From assembly GCA_002633005.1 (NCBI GenBank), contig NMRA01000416.1:101597-165596 (forward strand): DNA of 64,000 nt. The letters run 5' to 3'. Position 1 is the stretch's first letter. Each line of letters starts with the position of its first letter. Positions 34,862 through 49,442 of this stretch are shown here, in pieces. The notes below the pieces were generated by a model. It was given only the letters and a program-made list of their open reading frames with translations, was not told the origin of the DNA and ran no database searches. This DNA comes from Phoronis australis (lineage: Eukaryota; Animalia; Phoronida). The position numbers were made by a program, and so were the translations under genes.

Positions 34862-36874
34862 GTTGGATTTACTTGTTATTTTTTGTAACATCGCAAAATG
34901 TTGAGAAGATAACCTTTCTATTTTTTTNTGGTTCAAAAAAGAGGCTCATGCCCGAGTACATGCCTGGGAAGAAGCATCTTTTGGAAGGGTAAACATGTCA
35001 CGTTCAAAGCATCCCAGTGCCAGTAATATGCAGTCTTTGAGGACCAAAGTGGTGTCATTTTATAGCTAAAGAGTTAATCTTTCAAAAATAATGCTTGGAT
35101 TCCAGATAACTTGAACATTTACTTTTGAAATCACGTTTGAAATCACGTTAAAATGCGCTAAAACAGTTGTCCCTTCCTGGTTATCTCTTCCTGATGAAAT
35201 GCATATTCCGGGGATAGGGGCAACCCCTGCCCAATTGTTTAGGTCAACATCATGCCCATAAGGCCAGCGTACCCCCGCCGTAAGCCGGGAATAGCGAGAA
35301 AGTATTTGGCTAATAATTTTTGAAAATGGCTGAAAGATTTCAGGTGCTTTAGCTATTTTGGCCAATACCTTTTTAAAAGGCTTGCGCAAGCTTAGACAAT
35401 GAATGTGTAAAATTATATATCGTTTGAAAATAGAAAACCAGTAGAATAGGAAGTTGACTTTTTATCAATCTGCCATCATTGGGTCACATGACCATGTCTT
35501 TTTAGTACCGGTAGATTTTAGGAAACACATTCATAGCAAAACCACTGTATAAATGTTCAAGATAAAATCTCAAATACTCTGTTTACAGGTTTTTCAATTA
35601 TCATTTTACTTTTGTTTTATGCAACTTCTAAGTTATTTTCATGAATATCACAAAAGTCCTATTTGTGACAGTCCCTCTTACAAAAATGAATCATTTTAAA
35701 AACAATTTCCAACGGCATTTTGTAAATCAGTGCATGAATCATTATATCTGGAAATTTCACATGAATTCGATCAACCATTTCCGAGACATGATGTTTCAAA
35801 TTTAGAACTAAAGTCACAATCAGAGTACAGGCCAGTTTTGAAATACTCTGACTATGTCATATAATATTTTGTACACGACAGTATTGGAAATATATGCAGG
35901 ACAAATGTCAAGGTGCGCATGAATACTATTCTGTATTTAGAAGTGTAATGAGAAGTATTTGGCTTGTTTGCACTCTCCCCAAGCATGTTTTATAAGTATG
36001 TACTTTTAAAATCAGGAATTCAAAAGAACTACTGTTACAGTACTCCGATTTGGCGACTTCAGATTGTGTTTGGCAACCTGGGAAAACTTGCGAGTCGCCA
36101 TGACAATAATTCCCCTGAAATTCTTTTCAAATTTTGTGGTGACTTACAGACATTAAATTACAAACAATTTTTCTAGATTTCATACCTTTGGTTCACAATT
36201 GTTCTGTTTATTTTGTGAAATCAGTTCATTTGCTACCCTGAGTACACATCAAACACTTTGCTCAAATTAAACAGGAAGCATTGAAGAGATATGCATAATT
36301 TTCTGAACACGGAGTACGGCACAATCTTTTTTTAGTTGACGATTTTGACATCAATTTTGTCAACCTCATATTTTGTTCAGCGACCTGGGATTTTTGCCAA
36401 GTTGCATTTGGTGACTTGGTGTCAAGTCAAGGGTTAAGCACTGAGTTAGTTTTCATTGAAAAGAAGTTGGCATTCTTCCTGTTGAAAATCCCAAAAATTT
36501 TGAGATGAAAATTTTCCAGCTAATTTCCTAATGATTTAATGTAATTATGTCTTTATGTTTTCTTGTTTTTTGCCTGGACATTGACAAAGTCAAGTGATTT
36601 TTAACGACCTCATGATCATATCATTGTTGTTAATGGGACTTTTTTATCTCTAAAGTCCCCTTTACACTACAAAACTTGACACGGATCATCTGACACAGTG
36701 CAATTATGTGTGTAAACAGAACTGTCGTGGAGCAAACTGACACCATGGTGACAACTTTTGTCACCAGTTTGTGAGGTAGAGCAAGATGCACCTGAGCAGC
36801 TTGCTGCATGTCAAGTATGCGTCTAAACACAAAACTGGGACTAGGCAGAAGGGACAATCATTACTAATGCCCCC

Positions 36875-36941
36875 ACGCACAGGCATGCACGCACACACAC
36901 ACACATGCACGCACGCACACAAACACACACACACACACACA
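36875..36941. repeat. (CA)n-rich microsatellite
   Basis: gcacacacacacacatgcacgcacgcacacaaacacacacacacacacac. Confidence 0.9.
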
Positions 36942-39233
36942 TTCAGTTCCTCAAGTTGTCATTTAACTTTAATCCTGGCCATCATTTATTTTGTCAGGAA
37001 ATTGTCCAAATATTACACAGTCAAGTAACATTCAAGACTGGGTTCATTTCAAATGCTTGATAATACCGGTATGTACAGTAGGCCTACTGATGAAAGCGTT
37101 GATCAGCTGCTATTATTGAAGCAAAATTCAATTTCACGAATTATACACACAGTTGGGATTAGAAGCACCATACCAACAACATAAACAACAATAATTATTA
37201 TAATGAACTGTGACTCCCACAGTTTGCATCTTTGCGCCTGAGCACTCAACGTTCCTGCCTAGAATTTCCACTTTGCCTCCGTTTCTGAGACATGTGCATG
37301 TAAACGTCAACTTAACATCGATCATCTTGCGCCATGTCTGTTGGGCCGTGTCAAAAGTTAATGTCTAAACAGAACTAAAGTACTAGGTTTTGGATTTCAA
37401 ATATAGAATTTATCTCAATATAGGATTTCAGCTAATTAAAGACGGATGTATTCACTGACAAAGATGGCGGGTAATAATGGAATTAGTTGTTAGTTTGTGT
37501 ATCGGTAATACTGTATTATGTAATTGACTTTAAGTAAACAAGAAGGTTGCTGACCGATATGGATGACTGAGGTCATCTTCTCAAACACTATTTTCTTGTC
37601 ATGATTGATATAGATATTTTATTGACATTTTGTTCATAATATTTACATGGAGCAAGATCCTGGTTCATGACAGATGAAATCATGATAAAACACATTTTGT
37701 GAGCAACATAATGTTTCAATGGCAATACCTGTTGCTGTTTTCAATATTTAACAGATAGTGGTTTATTTAATACACTCTCTTGCACATGTTAAACTGGCCT
37801 AGAATTTACTATAATCATAATTATAATCATAATAACCTAAATATTATAAAAACCTTAATTCCATGAATATATAACCGTAGGCTTATGAATTGAAATAAAA
37901 CCAAGTATAACCCTTGACTCATAACCACTAATTAGTTCTCTCAGTACATCAAATTATTTTGAGAATTGAAACAATACTCAGGATGAGTAATTTCTCATGT
38001 TTTGAAGACACCGAATATACATAAACAAAATAATGTAATCGAAATCTTGAGTAAATTTGTTTGCCGAGTAGTAGATCTACTGAAGAAGGAGTGACCACCA
38101 ATAATTCCTGAGTAAAATCTTAAGCGTACTTTGGACTAACTACTCCAAAATTCCAAGACTGCAACTTAGCATGCTTGGATTATGCATTGCTGGGGTATCT
38201 TGTAAAATTGCAATAATTTGTATGGGTAATTAAACTTTCATTTCGTAAGTTCCTACATGGACTTAGTTATTCAAAACATCAAATTCTCCATATGAATAAA
38301 GGTCTTTTTCATTCCTTTTTATTAGAGAGCTTGACATTCATCGACTGGACTGTGGGGAACGTTAGGTTTCAAAAGGTGTTTAAGTTTTGTTTTTCTTGGC
38401 GCCAAAGACTTACATAGGAATTTGAGAATAGCTCTCGAGTTGGAGAACAGCTTTAGTTAAGTGTGGTGACTGCAATTTTTCGAGTATTGCTCGAGTAGGT
38501 GTAATTTGGAATAAAAGTCTGACAGGATTGATTTTGTGGCCAAAAAATACATTTGGGGGATTATTGTTGGATTGGACAAATATCTTGATGTTATGGCTTT
38601 GATAAGAGTTAGCTTTAAAACAAGATAATCCATTGTTTTTTATTGTTTTATCGCAAAGCAACAATACTTGCTGTTGTCTGTCTGTGGCATTCACTGAAAT
38701 CAAAGTTGGTGACTTTACCAGTTTAATAAACTTAAACTGGTTGTAATCCCACGCTCTGTCCTAGAAGTGAACTTTTGATTTAGACCACTTACCACAGTGA
38801 CTGTAAAATGTTTCTCCTTCCTCAGACGAGATGCAGTTTCTGGGTTTGCAAAGAACTGACGCTTGGTTATTTGTCCAGACCATGTTCGACGCTGAACAAG
38901 TCAACTTGTACAGAATGATCCTGGGCAATAACCAACTGTCTAATTCTTCTAAAGTTTTGAAATCATCACCAATTTGACTCGCAATGAAAGCAGCTTGTAC
39001 ACCTGCTTATGGTAATTTTGTCAAAAATGTAATTTGGATCATTTAACATAAAATTGATGTCAGCTTACTCCTTGGAATTAAGACTTTTCAGCTTGGAAAG
39101 CCAATGACAGTTCAATAGTTCTATAAACACGAAGCTATTGGTGGTGGTAAAGCCCATTTGTAATACATACAGTCAAATCTAACCATGCAATTTCAGACAT
39201 AAAAAAATGCCAAAAGATCTGAAAATTTTTTGA

Positions 39234-39452
<219 letters not shown>

Positions 39453-40943
39453 TAGCAAAATTGCATTCTCGAGAGTGTAAAGATAAACCTGTTATGAACC
39501 ACCTAGACTTCTCTCAAACAGTAACCTTTGATTTAGACCACCGACAGTTCATTATTGCTGAAGATCAGGCTCAGTTTGGGCGATTTCATCTACGGCACTG
39601 CTGTTGTTTTTCAAATGCATTGTAGGACAGTTGTCTGCTCGTAAACATCTTGTGACATTACATATAACTTAGTAACGTGCTAACTATGGGACACAACACA
39701 ATTGTCACTTGAGTGCACCAGAATCGAAGGACTGAAATTAACCTCAAAGTGCATCAAATTAAGATTACCAACTTTTTGTGTGATGGGTTCTTAGAGGCAT
39801 GCACCATCTGATCACTCTGATATTCAGTCTCACCACCAAAAATGCAAATTGTGAATCATGATTGCAAATCCCCAAGTTTTCTCTGATGTCACTGAAATGT
39901 TTATGAGCAAATAACCGTTCCACAATGCATTTGAAACATAACAACAAATATGATACCCCATGTTGTACGTGGCTTTACGTTGGGTAAAAGTTGATGCACT
40001 GAGCTTGTATGGCCTTGAGCAATAATGAAGTATTATTAGTTATTCCTAATCTTTCACTGAAATTAATTTCTAACCTGGGCGAGGAACATGTCAAGACCAT
40101 AAAGTGGTGTGTGTTATCAAAAGTACATAATGTAAGTTGTGACTGACAGTAGGCTCATAGATGCTATACATGCATTATAATTTCAATAATTAGTACAAGA
40201 AATCTCAAACGGCTTTTACTTGCCTTTTAATAAGTCCACTTTTAGGATTGTTTGCCATCCCAGCCATGCAGTCTGTGTTGTAAGGGTTCTTGAAATTTTG
40301 GAAAAAATGCTTTGCCATTCTTTTCGAAAACATTTAACACTTGATTTTTGAAGATGTTAGAATTTCACATTGTGATGCTTGGCAGCCAGGCTTACTTTAA
40401 GTGTTAAAAAGTTTGTCATTAATAGAAGTGAAGATGTACTGTTCCTAACACTGTGCTCTAAATTAGAAGCCCTATCATATTTTTTAACTGAATCCAGGGT
40501 CTAATCTCTTCATTTGATCTGCAGGTACTCCAAATTATTTTAAACATTTTCTTTTTCGTCTTTGGTTACCTTGGGGTTTTACATAAAAAGGCAAACCTAT
40601 GATAGGTCTATGATCGGTTTTTGTGATTCTAGCTTGATCGCCCATGATTGCCCCTGAATTCAAGCTTCAACTCGAGTTCAGACTCAAACTTAAGTATAAT
40701 GCTGGTATTATCAAGTGCTAACTCAGATGAAACACTCACCTGCGTAGACCTGAATGTATTCAATGACACAGTTATGCATATATCGTGTGTTCTTACTTGA
40801 GTTAATAATCAGAAAATGTCGAAAATGATTTGAAGTTTGAGTCCGGAGTTTGGTGCAGGAGGTCTGTTTTATGAAAGTGACATAAGACTTTAGAGAGGAC
40901 TTTGATCTTATGCTCACACTTGACGATGGTAAAAAAAGGTTCA

Positions 40944-41080
40944 GCCAAGTAATTATGAGTGCATCGGCCAAGTAATTATGAGTGCATCGGCCAAGTAATT
41001 ATGAGTGCATCGGCCAAGTAATTATGAGTGCATCGGCCAAGTAATTATGAGTGCATCGGCCAAGTAATTATGAGTGCATC
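40944..41080. repeat. 23-bp minisatellite, 6 essentially identical copies
   Basis: gccaagtaattatgagtgcatcg x6 (last copy lacks final g). Confidence 0.97.
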
Positions 41081-41241
41081 ATACTTAGCTCTCAAACTAA
41101 TTGTCATGTACATTAATCTTAGAAACTTTATTTGTACTGTTGCTCAAATGAGATTTAATTATTGTTCAGAAATAGATGTGTGGAGCGTATGACCAAATTT
41201 TTCATGAAACAGACTATGATGTGAGTGTTATTTTCTCTTAG

Positions 41242-41393
41242 TGTCTAATGATGAGCAAACACACAGTCGTAAAGGCAGAACAGTAATGAACGAGGCAGAA
41301 CGGTACGAGTCAATTAGACATTGTCGTTACGTGGATGAAGTAGTCCGTGATCCACCGTGGGTGCTGGACGATGCTTTCTTGCAGGAAAATAAG
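41242..41393 (+). CDS. PCYT1A: PCYT1 coding exon 5
   Basis: ctcttag|TG TCT...AAT AAG|gttggt; 152 nt; (V)[50 protein letters not shown]. Confidence 0.96.
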
Positions 41394-42065
41394 GTTGGTC
41401 CAGAAATGACAAGTTACAAACTGGAACGTTAGTTGTGAATATTCAGTGACATTTAAAAGATACAGAAGTCCAGTAAGCTGAGACATAAACATAAACATAT
41501 GACTTGAAAATCAAAATTAATTCTGAAGTGTGTGGAGTCATGTTTGTATCATGAATAACATGGCATGCTTATTAATATGCATTCGACGGTGGTTGTGTTT
41601 GTCTTGTTGTATTCTTAATATTATCCAGCTACGATAGTTGTTTTGTTTTTACCATAATTTATTAAATCAAGACCATTCCAGTTGTATTGAGGGCTGTTTA
41701 GATTTTATGTCTACTACTGTTTTGGGACATGCTGTTTCACACAATGGTAAGAATCCAATGTTTTAATTCAAGTGATCCTCACAAAGAATTGAATAAGGAC
41801 AGTGATTACTTTTGTTTTCGTGTTTGCTAAAGTTATACTTATCTCATGGTGTCATGTTTGGTTAAATGAACCACTTCATTCTAATTTTGTTTCAATATGA
41901 AGTTACCCATTTTTCACCTGCCTATTTGGCTCTCTACATATCTCTATCTGACTGGTATTAATGCTTTTAAGGTTACTGTCCCGAAGATATAAATGTTTCA
42001 AAATTATGAATTTTGTTAAGAGGAAATACACCAAAAGCATGATATCACTAAAATAGTTTTTTGAT

Positions 42066-42377
42066 TGCGGTAAAAAGTCTCCTGTTTGGGACAGTGGAAA
42101 ATTAGTTTATTTGGGGTAAGAGCTTGTACCAAATTTTAGAACAATGAAATATTGGCCATTCCAAATTTACTTAGTAGTAGAATTACAAGAAAGGCCAGTT
42201 GCAGCTATTTTCTACAATTTTAATTCAGACTTGGTGATACAAAATACAGTGTCCAATGTTTTATGATAACTCCAAAATTACTGATATCCAAATCTTCAGA
42301 ATAAAGAAAGTTCAAGTGTCTTAAATTTCTGTGTCCAAATGTTTAGAGACTGTCCCAAACTGGAGAATTTTTACTGT
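42066..42377. mobile_element. MITE, same family as 1452-1713
   Basis: gtaaaaagtctcctgtttgggacagt ... actgtcccaaactggagaatttttac inverted ends. Confidence 0.6.
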
Positions 42378-42751
42378 TTTTGGTCTCTTGCCAGCAATAT
42401 ATCTTATTGTTTCCAAGGTGTTGCAATTTTGAGACAGCACCATCATTCTTGGATTCAGTGAACCATACTATGCAATGTATTATCTTACGGAGCCTTCTAC
42501 TTCATTGAGCAAACTCATGCTTTGTTCAGCCAGCTCATACTTTGTTGAGCCTGCTTGTACTTCTTTGAGCCTGCTGGGTTGAGCCAGCTCATACTTTGTT
42601 GAGCCTACTTATTATTTGTTGAGCCTGCCATTTCGTTTACTTAATTAAATGGAAAATAAGTGCCCTGATGTTGGGCACATAGGTTGTACTGGTTCTCAAA
42701 AAATGATTGAGAAGAAAAACTGAAAGTACTTGATTTGTACGATGGTTACAG

Positions 42752-42834
42752 ATTGACTTTGTCGCCCATGATGACTTACCATATGGTGCTATTGGTAGTG
42801 AAGACATATATAAATGGATCAAAGACAGAGGAAT
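42752..42834 (+). CDS. PCYT1A: PCYT1 coding exon 6
   Basis: ttacag|ATT GAC...GGA AT|gtaagt; 83 nt; IDFVAHDDLPYGAIGSEDIYKWIKDRG(M). Confidence 0.95.
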
Positions 42835-43933
42835 GTAAGTTAGAGATTCACTTTTGGCTATTAATAATGACAAATTGACAATGTGTTCTCATTCAATAGT
42901 TTTGCATTGTCTAGATAGTGTTTTATAATAAAATACAGAGTGCTCTGTTGGAAAAATTAGGAGCTTTGTGCTTCAAACTGTGGTGAGTTCCATCCTCTGG
43001 CATCGTCTCATATTTTGTCATCAGATTGTCTTCATTGGGAATTTTGCCCATTGAAGTATCCTATGGGCTGGGTACTTGGCAGCTTTCGGGTGTCGTCTCA
43101 ACTGGGTTAGCACAGTGTCAACAAGTTAAGGGGGCTAAACTGTTGTCTCGGGGGTTTTCACCACTTGGTGAGTGTCTCGGGGTTCCCATTTTTCCAGCTA
43201 CTAATTCAGGAATATTGTTAGTCTGGATTTTGAGGAAGTACAATACTAACAATGATGTTGGGAGAGAACTAACCGCCAGCATTTCTCAGTGTTGCGTTAT
43301 CGGCTTACGGCATAGGGTTTTGTTTCGTTACGTATGCACTGCATGACCTGTAAGTCTTTCCTGATCAAGTTATTTGGATCTCTTTTGTGATTAACAACAG
43401 ATAACATTGAGTTACTGAGTAACAACGAAAATGGGTATAACCCTAAAAGAAGCCCTTTGTGTTTTTCGTCACTTGGCAGTGTTTTGCAGTCACCTCTTTC
43501 ATGGAGGCTGCAGTGTTCAAGTATCCCTTTAGCTGTGCTCAAATGTTGTATCATGTCTCCATGGTGTTTTTGTAAATAAATGCGCTTTGCAATTTCTTTC
43601 TTGGTGAAAGATATCAAAAAGATGTTTTTTTTTAAATATGTCGGCTGAAATCAACATTAAGCTGCAATTACTGTTTAATTGACTTGAAGTGCATACAAGA
43701 CAATAATCACTTAGTGAATCCCTGGAGGCAAAATTAAAGTCATTGTTCCCAATTTCCATTTATAGTCAGTAATGTTTTCTTGGATGTTGGTTTCTTCTTA
43801 CGAGAATAGTCAGAACAGTAATTTGGTCTTCAATTGCTTCATCAAATCCTTTGTGTTAATTGCTTTAATTATCAGTTGGGCTTGGTACTTGGAAATAGAA
43901 TCAGCAATCAATTCCATTTCTTTGAAAATCCAG

Positions 43934-44072
43934 GTTTGTCGCTACGCAGAGGACGGAGGGTATTTCCACAACTGACGTCATCGCAAGGATAATCAAGGAT
44001 TATGATATGTACGTGCGACGAAATCTTGCCAGGGGATACAGTGCTAAAGAACTGAATGTTAGCTATGTTAAG
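43934..44072 (+). CDS. PCYT1A: PCYT1 coding exon 7 (RTEGIST motif)
   Basis: atccag|G TTT...GTT AAG|gtttgt; 139 nt; [46 protein letters not shown]. Confidence 0.96.
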
Positions 44073-44216
44073 GTTTGTACTTAATTTGTGAAAACCGTCA
44101 CTCAATCATCATCCTCAAACACAGTGTAATGGCTGAAGTCCAAACCATGGTGAATTTGCCATGGTGTTGAGGACCATCAAGCTCCCATTAGGATGACATC
44201 ACAGGCTACTCCCTCA

Positions 44217-44247
<31 letters not shown>

Positions 44248-44249
44248 TG
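44217..44249. repeat. (CTG)n microsatellite, intronic
   Basis: ctgctgctgctgctgctgctgctgctgttgctg. Confidence 0.9.
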
Positions 44250-44576
44250 TACTAAATTCTCAATTACTTCAGTAACAGTGCACTGATTTTGAAAATTCTA
44301 AAATGAGTAACAGTTAGTTTTTTAATTGTGAAAACAGTTGGGATGCTCAGTTGCCATATTCAAACTTTCACACTTGACAGTCAGACATTGTTTACGACCA
44401 CATTAATAACATGTCATGCACTACATATATCAGCTAAAGCTCAATTGGTGGTCGATGGTACCAATTAATCTTTGATACACAGACAGGCCAGCTGAAATTG
44501 CATTTTAATAAAAATTTGTTGTGACTCTGTCCTCTGTCCCACAACTAAAAATAGAAATAAATTCTGCTTTTCATAG

Positions 44577-44744
44577 GAGAAGAAGATCATGTTTCAAGAG
44601 AAATATGATTCATTCAAGAACAAAGGTAAAGAATTGATTGAAAAGGTGGATGACCAGAGAAGAGAGCTGATCGACAAATGGGAGGAAAAGTCCAGGGAAA
44701 TTGTACAGAATTTCTTAGAGTTATTTGGGACAGACGGACGAATT
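44577..44744 (+). CDS. PCYT1A: PCYT1 coding exon 8 (amphipathic membrane-binding domain)
   Basis: ttcatag|GAG AAG...CGA ATT|gtaagt; 168 nt; EKKIMFQEKYDSFKNKGKELIEKVDDQRRELIDKWEEKSREIVQNFLELFGTDGRI. Confidence 0.95.
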
Positions 44745-45378
44745 GTAAGTTTGTTTTTAAATCTTCTAAAAAGTTACACAGGAACTTTAATGCACAAGTC
44801 CGAGGATGCAACCAAATATCTACAAAACTGTGGGTTGTAACTCTGTACATGTGTGGGATTTGTAAAAGTAGGGAACATGTAGAGTTTGATTTTTTTTGAT
44901 TTTTTGTCATTATTTGGATCATTTGACCATGTTTTTTTAGTAAATTTTGCAGAAAAGAATAGCCACACAGCAGTATGAATAGCATGTCAAATTCTGTTTG
45001 ATATTGATATCTCAAAAACAATGAAAATGGTAAAAGGGCTAATTATTGCTAGCCCCTCATACAAAAGCTGAATATTTTAAAATCAATTCCTAACGTGGTT
45101 TCAGAGAATAATGCATAAAGCATAGTGTGTGAAAGTTTTATATGTATATGATCAGCCATTTCTGTGATTATGCTCCAAAGTTTTGGACATTTTTCTAGGG
45201 TCCTTGTGTAATTGTTTTAAAACAATTTAGCTGGCATTGTTATTTCTTCAATTATTATCATTGGCAAGATAATTAACATTAATTTCTTAATTTGCCTTGA
45301 ACGTAGCATGTTATCATTTGTTAGTCACTTACAGGCTGCTACCTGCAAAATTTTAGTGAATTTTTATGTCTGTCACAG

Positions 45379-45612
45379 AAGCAATGGTGGGATGACAGCA
45401 AAATGAAAATGGTGCGAGCGATGTCCCCACCAGCGAGCCCCACAAACTTCAGTGAAGAAGAGGAAGAAGAGGACGAAGAAGGCGCTGGTTCCCCTGTCAG
45501 CAGTGGTTCGTCCAGTCCCAGGAGTCCACTGAGAAAAACATTTAAGTTGAGCACACCACCACCTGCTACTTCCCATATGAGTGCAGAAAACGCAGAGAAA
45601 TACGAAAGTTAG
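45379..45612 (+). CDS. PCYT1A: PCYT1 last coding exon (Ser-Pro/acidic tail)
   Basis: gtcacag|AAG CAA TGG TGG...AGT TAG; KQWWDDSKMKMVRAMSPPASPTNFSEEEEEEDEEGAGSPVSSGSSSPRSP...KYES*. Nine exons sum to 1116 nt, 371 aa. Confidence 0.92.
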   Translation, partial: KQWWDDSKMKMVRAMSPPASPTNFSEEEEEEDEEGAGSPVSSGSSSPRSPLRKTFKLSTPPPATSHMSAENAEKYES

Positions 45613-48453
45613 AAAGTTTTAGTCAATATGCCCTCAAAATGCGAGTGTAAGATTTTTGGCCAGTGTCTAAGCCATACATTTCGTTTGCTTTATTTGTCTC
45701 TGGTTCATTATAATAATTTGTATCAATGTTTATCGATCGGTAAGGGGTGTTTTTCTGTAACTGATACAGTGGCTACAAACTCACGTTTCGTCTTAAAAAT
45801 CAAGTTTTGATTGCTTTACCACTATGAAATTGATCTCAAATTGTTCCTTAGACAATGAAAACAAAATAGTATCTGGGATTGGCAAGACCTGAAAGTTCAT
45901 TATTGCTCAAGATCACTCTCTACCAGTTAACTTGGCTCGGCACATCATTCTATTTACTGAGCCTGATCTCAAGGAAACACAAACTCTCAGTTCTATCCAG
46001 GACCAAGAATCACTTCTCATCTATCTAAAGAAAACACGTTGAGAACAATTTTATAACAATAAGTGATCTGAATCAAAAGTTAGTATCTTCTATATTATGT
46101 GGGTATATAGCCACTTAAAGCATTCACCTCTTGCATCACATCCAAGCACTTATCAGGTTCTGGCGATCTAATCTTTTTACATTTCATTGGTCAGCTTGAG
46201 AATGAACTTAATGCAATTTTCTATGATAATGTTTGCTAGAGTATATTAGGCTTAACGTGGGTGACTTTTTATTCCAAGTTTACCCTTGATTATTCCAGTT
46301 TTTAAGCTTCAAGTTAAAATCTGAAATATCAATTTTCAGTCAGAGTTTGCAGCTTCAACTAATAAGGCTTAACAAACTTCAAACTCATTTGTGGACCATA
46401 ATATGTAAGAACGAACAATCATAGACACTTACCTTGAGTTAATGTTAAAGTACTGAAAATTTTTAAAAATTTTGGAGTTTGTGTTCTGAGACTAGATTTG
46501 CAGTCTCCTTCAATTTTTGATTTTTCCTTTTATTTTGACTTCAGTGAATCGACTGCATTATTAATTTTTTACTACAGAACTGTATCAATGGTTCCATTTC
46601 CAATTATTTAATTTGTTCATTGTCTTGAAAGAAGTAGACTCCCTGGACCTTCTCAAAAATTGTCAGATGAAACTGAGTTAACTCATTTGTTAAGCTCATG
46701 CACTGATTCAGTTGTCTACAAAATGTAATCAAGATTTTATCGGCTTTTCATTACCCCCAATTCTGGGAGAAAAATTATTTTTACTCGGCTGCTGATCTAT
46801 AGTTGTGAACAGATTGTTGTTTGACAATCGACAGACATCGGGAGTACTTAACTCGTCTCTATCGCAGCAATTTGAAATTAACCAAACACATGGTCAGCAC
46901 CTCCTCTAGATCATGAATCAACTCTATGCATGAAATCCTTGTAGTTAATATGCATTCTTAAAGCTGTATTTCCCCCTACTTAGCTGGCTAAAAACGAAAA
47001 TTAAATCGGGATGTGTACGCTCGTAAAATGGGTCTCCAAAGTTTCCTTACCACGATAGCACTTCTTTTGTTATCAAGGAGAGTATATGCAAACCTTCAGC
47101 AGCTAGGTCAAAAAATACTTTGGAAAATGTCAATTTTATTGGGGTTGATCATAAACCCTGAAAATATAGTGCAGTGGATTCCATTAAAAATTGGTCAGTC
47201 ATGTGACACAGCAATGATCATTTCCTGTGAGTACATTGCAGATAGCTGTTGGTATTTTGGCTCTTCAAACATGCAGCAACTAGGCAGATCAAAGTGCAAC
47301 TTTTATTATAAAGTTGTTCGTCACTGTCTTTATGTAGCATGGTTAACATATCATTAGCAATACAGCATATATGTGTGCAATATTCAGACAGGCTGTATCA
47401 GGAAGATTACTAAAGCAATCTGTACTTCAAAAATTGGCTTAATTTACAGAATCAATTAGTATATTTAGTTTTAGGGTCTGAGGTCTATTCTCTGTATGTG
47501 GAACTTGACTCAAAAGTTGACCAATTGCATGGCAAGCTCTGAGTGATTGGTTAAGTTTTGAGTCCAACTCCGAGATTAGACGGGAGGCTAGGTGATGGAT
47601 TGGACATATACATGTATTTATATTTTAAAGTAATAAACAGAAAAATAACTAAGTAGCTACGCAATGGTAGTTTTTTGTCAGCATATTTTTATTTTTACAA
47701 TGTGGGGTTTAGAAGTGGTTGTTAAAGATTTATTTCACAACAACTAAGTATGTAATGCATCAGTCTCTAGATTACTGGTTGACCTTGACAACCTACTCTC
47801 CCACTACTTAAACTGGGACACAAGTGAACAACTTAGTGTTAAGTAAAAAATGTGGCTGTATTTAATAAACTAATAAGTAGCTGATGACAATGTGGTTATT
47901 TTATAGTCCCAGAGATTATGTCAGCCACCGTAGCACAGTCACCAAAATAACCTGACAAAATGACCATGGTGCGGGGTCTAATCTTTGTATTTTAGATCAA
48001 AATTATTAAAAGGACATTTTTCTTTCTGCTTTAGTATGATTTTATTAAGGTAAGTGTCTTTTGTGTACTCAATTATAATGTGATTTACATACATAAATGT
48101 CTTGTGCAAAGTTTGCACTTAGTGGCTCATTTGAGCGATGAAGTGTAGTTTAAACTTGACATTCCCAGTCAAGTTGAGACTAGATGTAACAATTTTAGTG
48201 CTTGGGTCATCAAGTGCAAACAAGGATTCGTCAGTTATTCAAATAAACCGTAATGTAGTGCTGAATAATAGACACATATATCTTGAGTACAAATAGTACA
48301 GAAAATGTCAAAAATAGTTTAGAGTTTGCTTCAACTGAAAAACAAAGGTCAGATTCTGGGCCCTCATGTGGAATTCCCAATCGTGACGACTTTGAGCGGA
48401 ATTCTTAATGTGATCACTGAGTTCAAACAGAAATCACCATCATAAAAGCCATA

Positions 48454-49442
48454 ATAGACCGGGATCCCAGAGCTTTTTTGGGCATGAAAAGGTAACCAAT
48501 TTTCTTTAGTACCACGGTGGTCTATGGGTATCCTCATGCTTGGAAATGGCTGTCTGGCAGGTTCGCTCGGGTGGGTGTGGTCAGGGGAGCCAAGAGAATG
48601 GCACTCGAAAATTGAGCTAGATCAACTTTTCTGGTAACCACTTCAAACTGCCTTCGATACCTACTGCGTAATCCACTGTGTCAAAATTGGTCACTGCCAG
48701 ACAATTTCAGTGGTGGTGAGTATCAGCCAAACGGTTATAAACAAGGTTAAAAATTGAGCTAGATCAACCCAAGAGGTAACCGCATGAAACCAGTTGCAAA
48801 ATATTCACCGCGAGCCCAGGTATCACGAAAACTGTCAGACAAATTTAGTGGTGGGTTACCCACGCCAGACACGCCCAAATACCCGAGTTGAGGTAGATCA
48901 ACCCACCAGGTAACCGTTTGAAACCAATTGCATGATGTTCAGCATCACTGTACATGGCACATCAGTTAGATGCCGGACAAGTTCAGTGGTGGGGTGCCCC
49001 TGCCAGACGATTATCAAAAAGGGTTAAAAATTGGCGATTCTGGCGGGGCTAACCCACCACTAGATTTGTCTTGCAGTGTTCATTCGTGATACCTGGGTGA
49101 ATATTTTGCAACTGGTTTCATGCGGTTACCTCTTGGATTGATCTAGCATAATTTTTTTACTTTGTTTATAATCGTCTGGCTGATACTCCTCACCACTGAA
49201 ATTGTCTGGCAGACCAATTTTGATACAGTGAATTACTTAGTACGTATCGAAGGCAGTTTGAAGTGCTTACCAGAAACGTTGATCAAGCTCAATTTTTGAG
49301 TGGCATTCTCTTGGCTCCCCTGACCACACCCACCCGAGCAAACCTGCCAGACGGCCGCATGAGGATGCCCACAGACCACCGTGATACCAAAGAAAATTGG
49401 TTACCTTTTCATGCCCAAAAAAGCTCTGGGATACCGGTCAAT
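48454..49442. mobile_element. About 1-kb palindromic (foldback) DNA element with about 140-bp internal subrepeats
   Basis: gaccgggatcccagagcttttttgggcatgaaaaggtaaccaattttcttt mirrors aaagaaaattggttaccttttcatgcccaaaaaagctctgggataccggtc; ttgag(c/g)tagatcaac recurs at about 48612, 48754, 48888. Confidence 0.88.

Noticed and set aside
43297-43759. Antisense ORFs in a PCYT1 intron
   Set aside because: No recognisable domain or splice structure; possibly decayed repeat, not supportable by eye.
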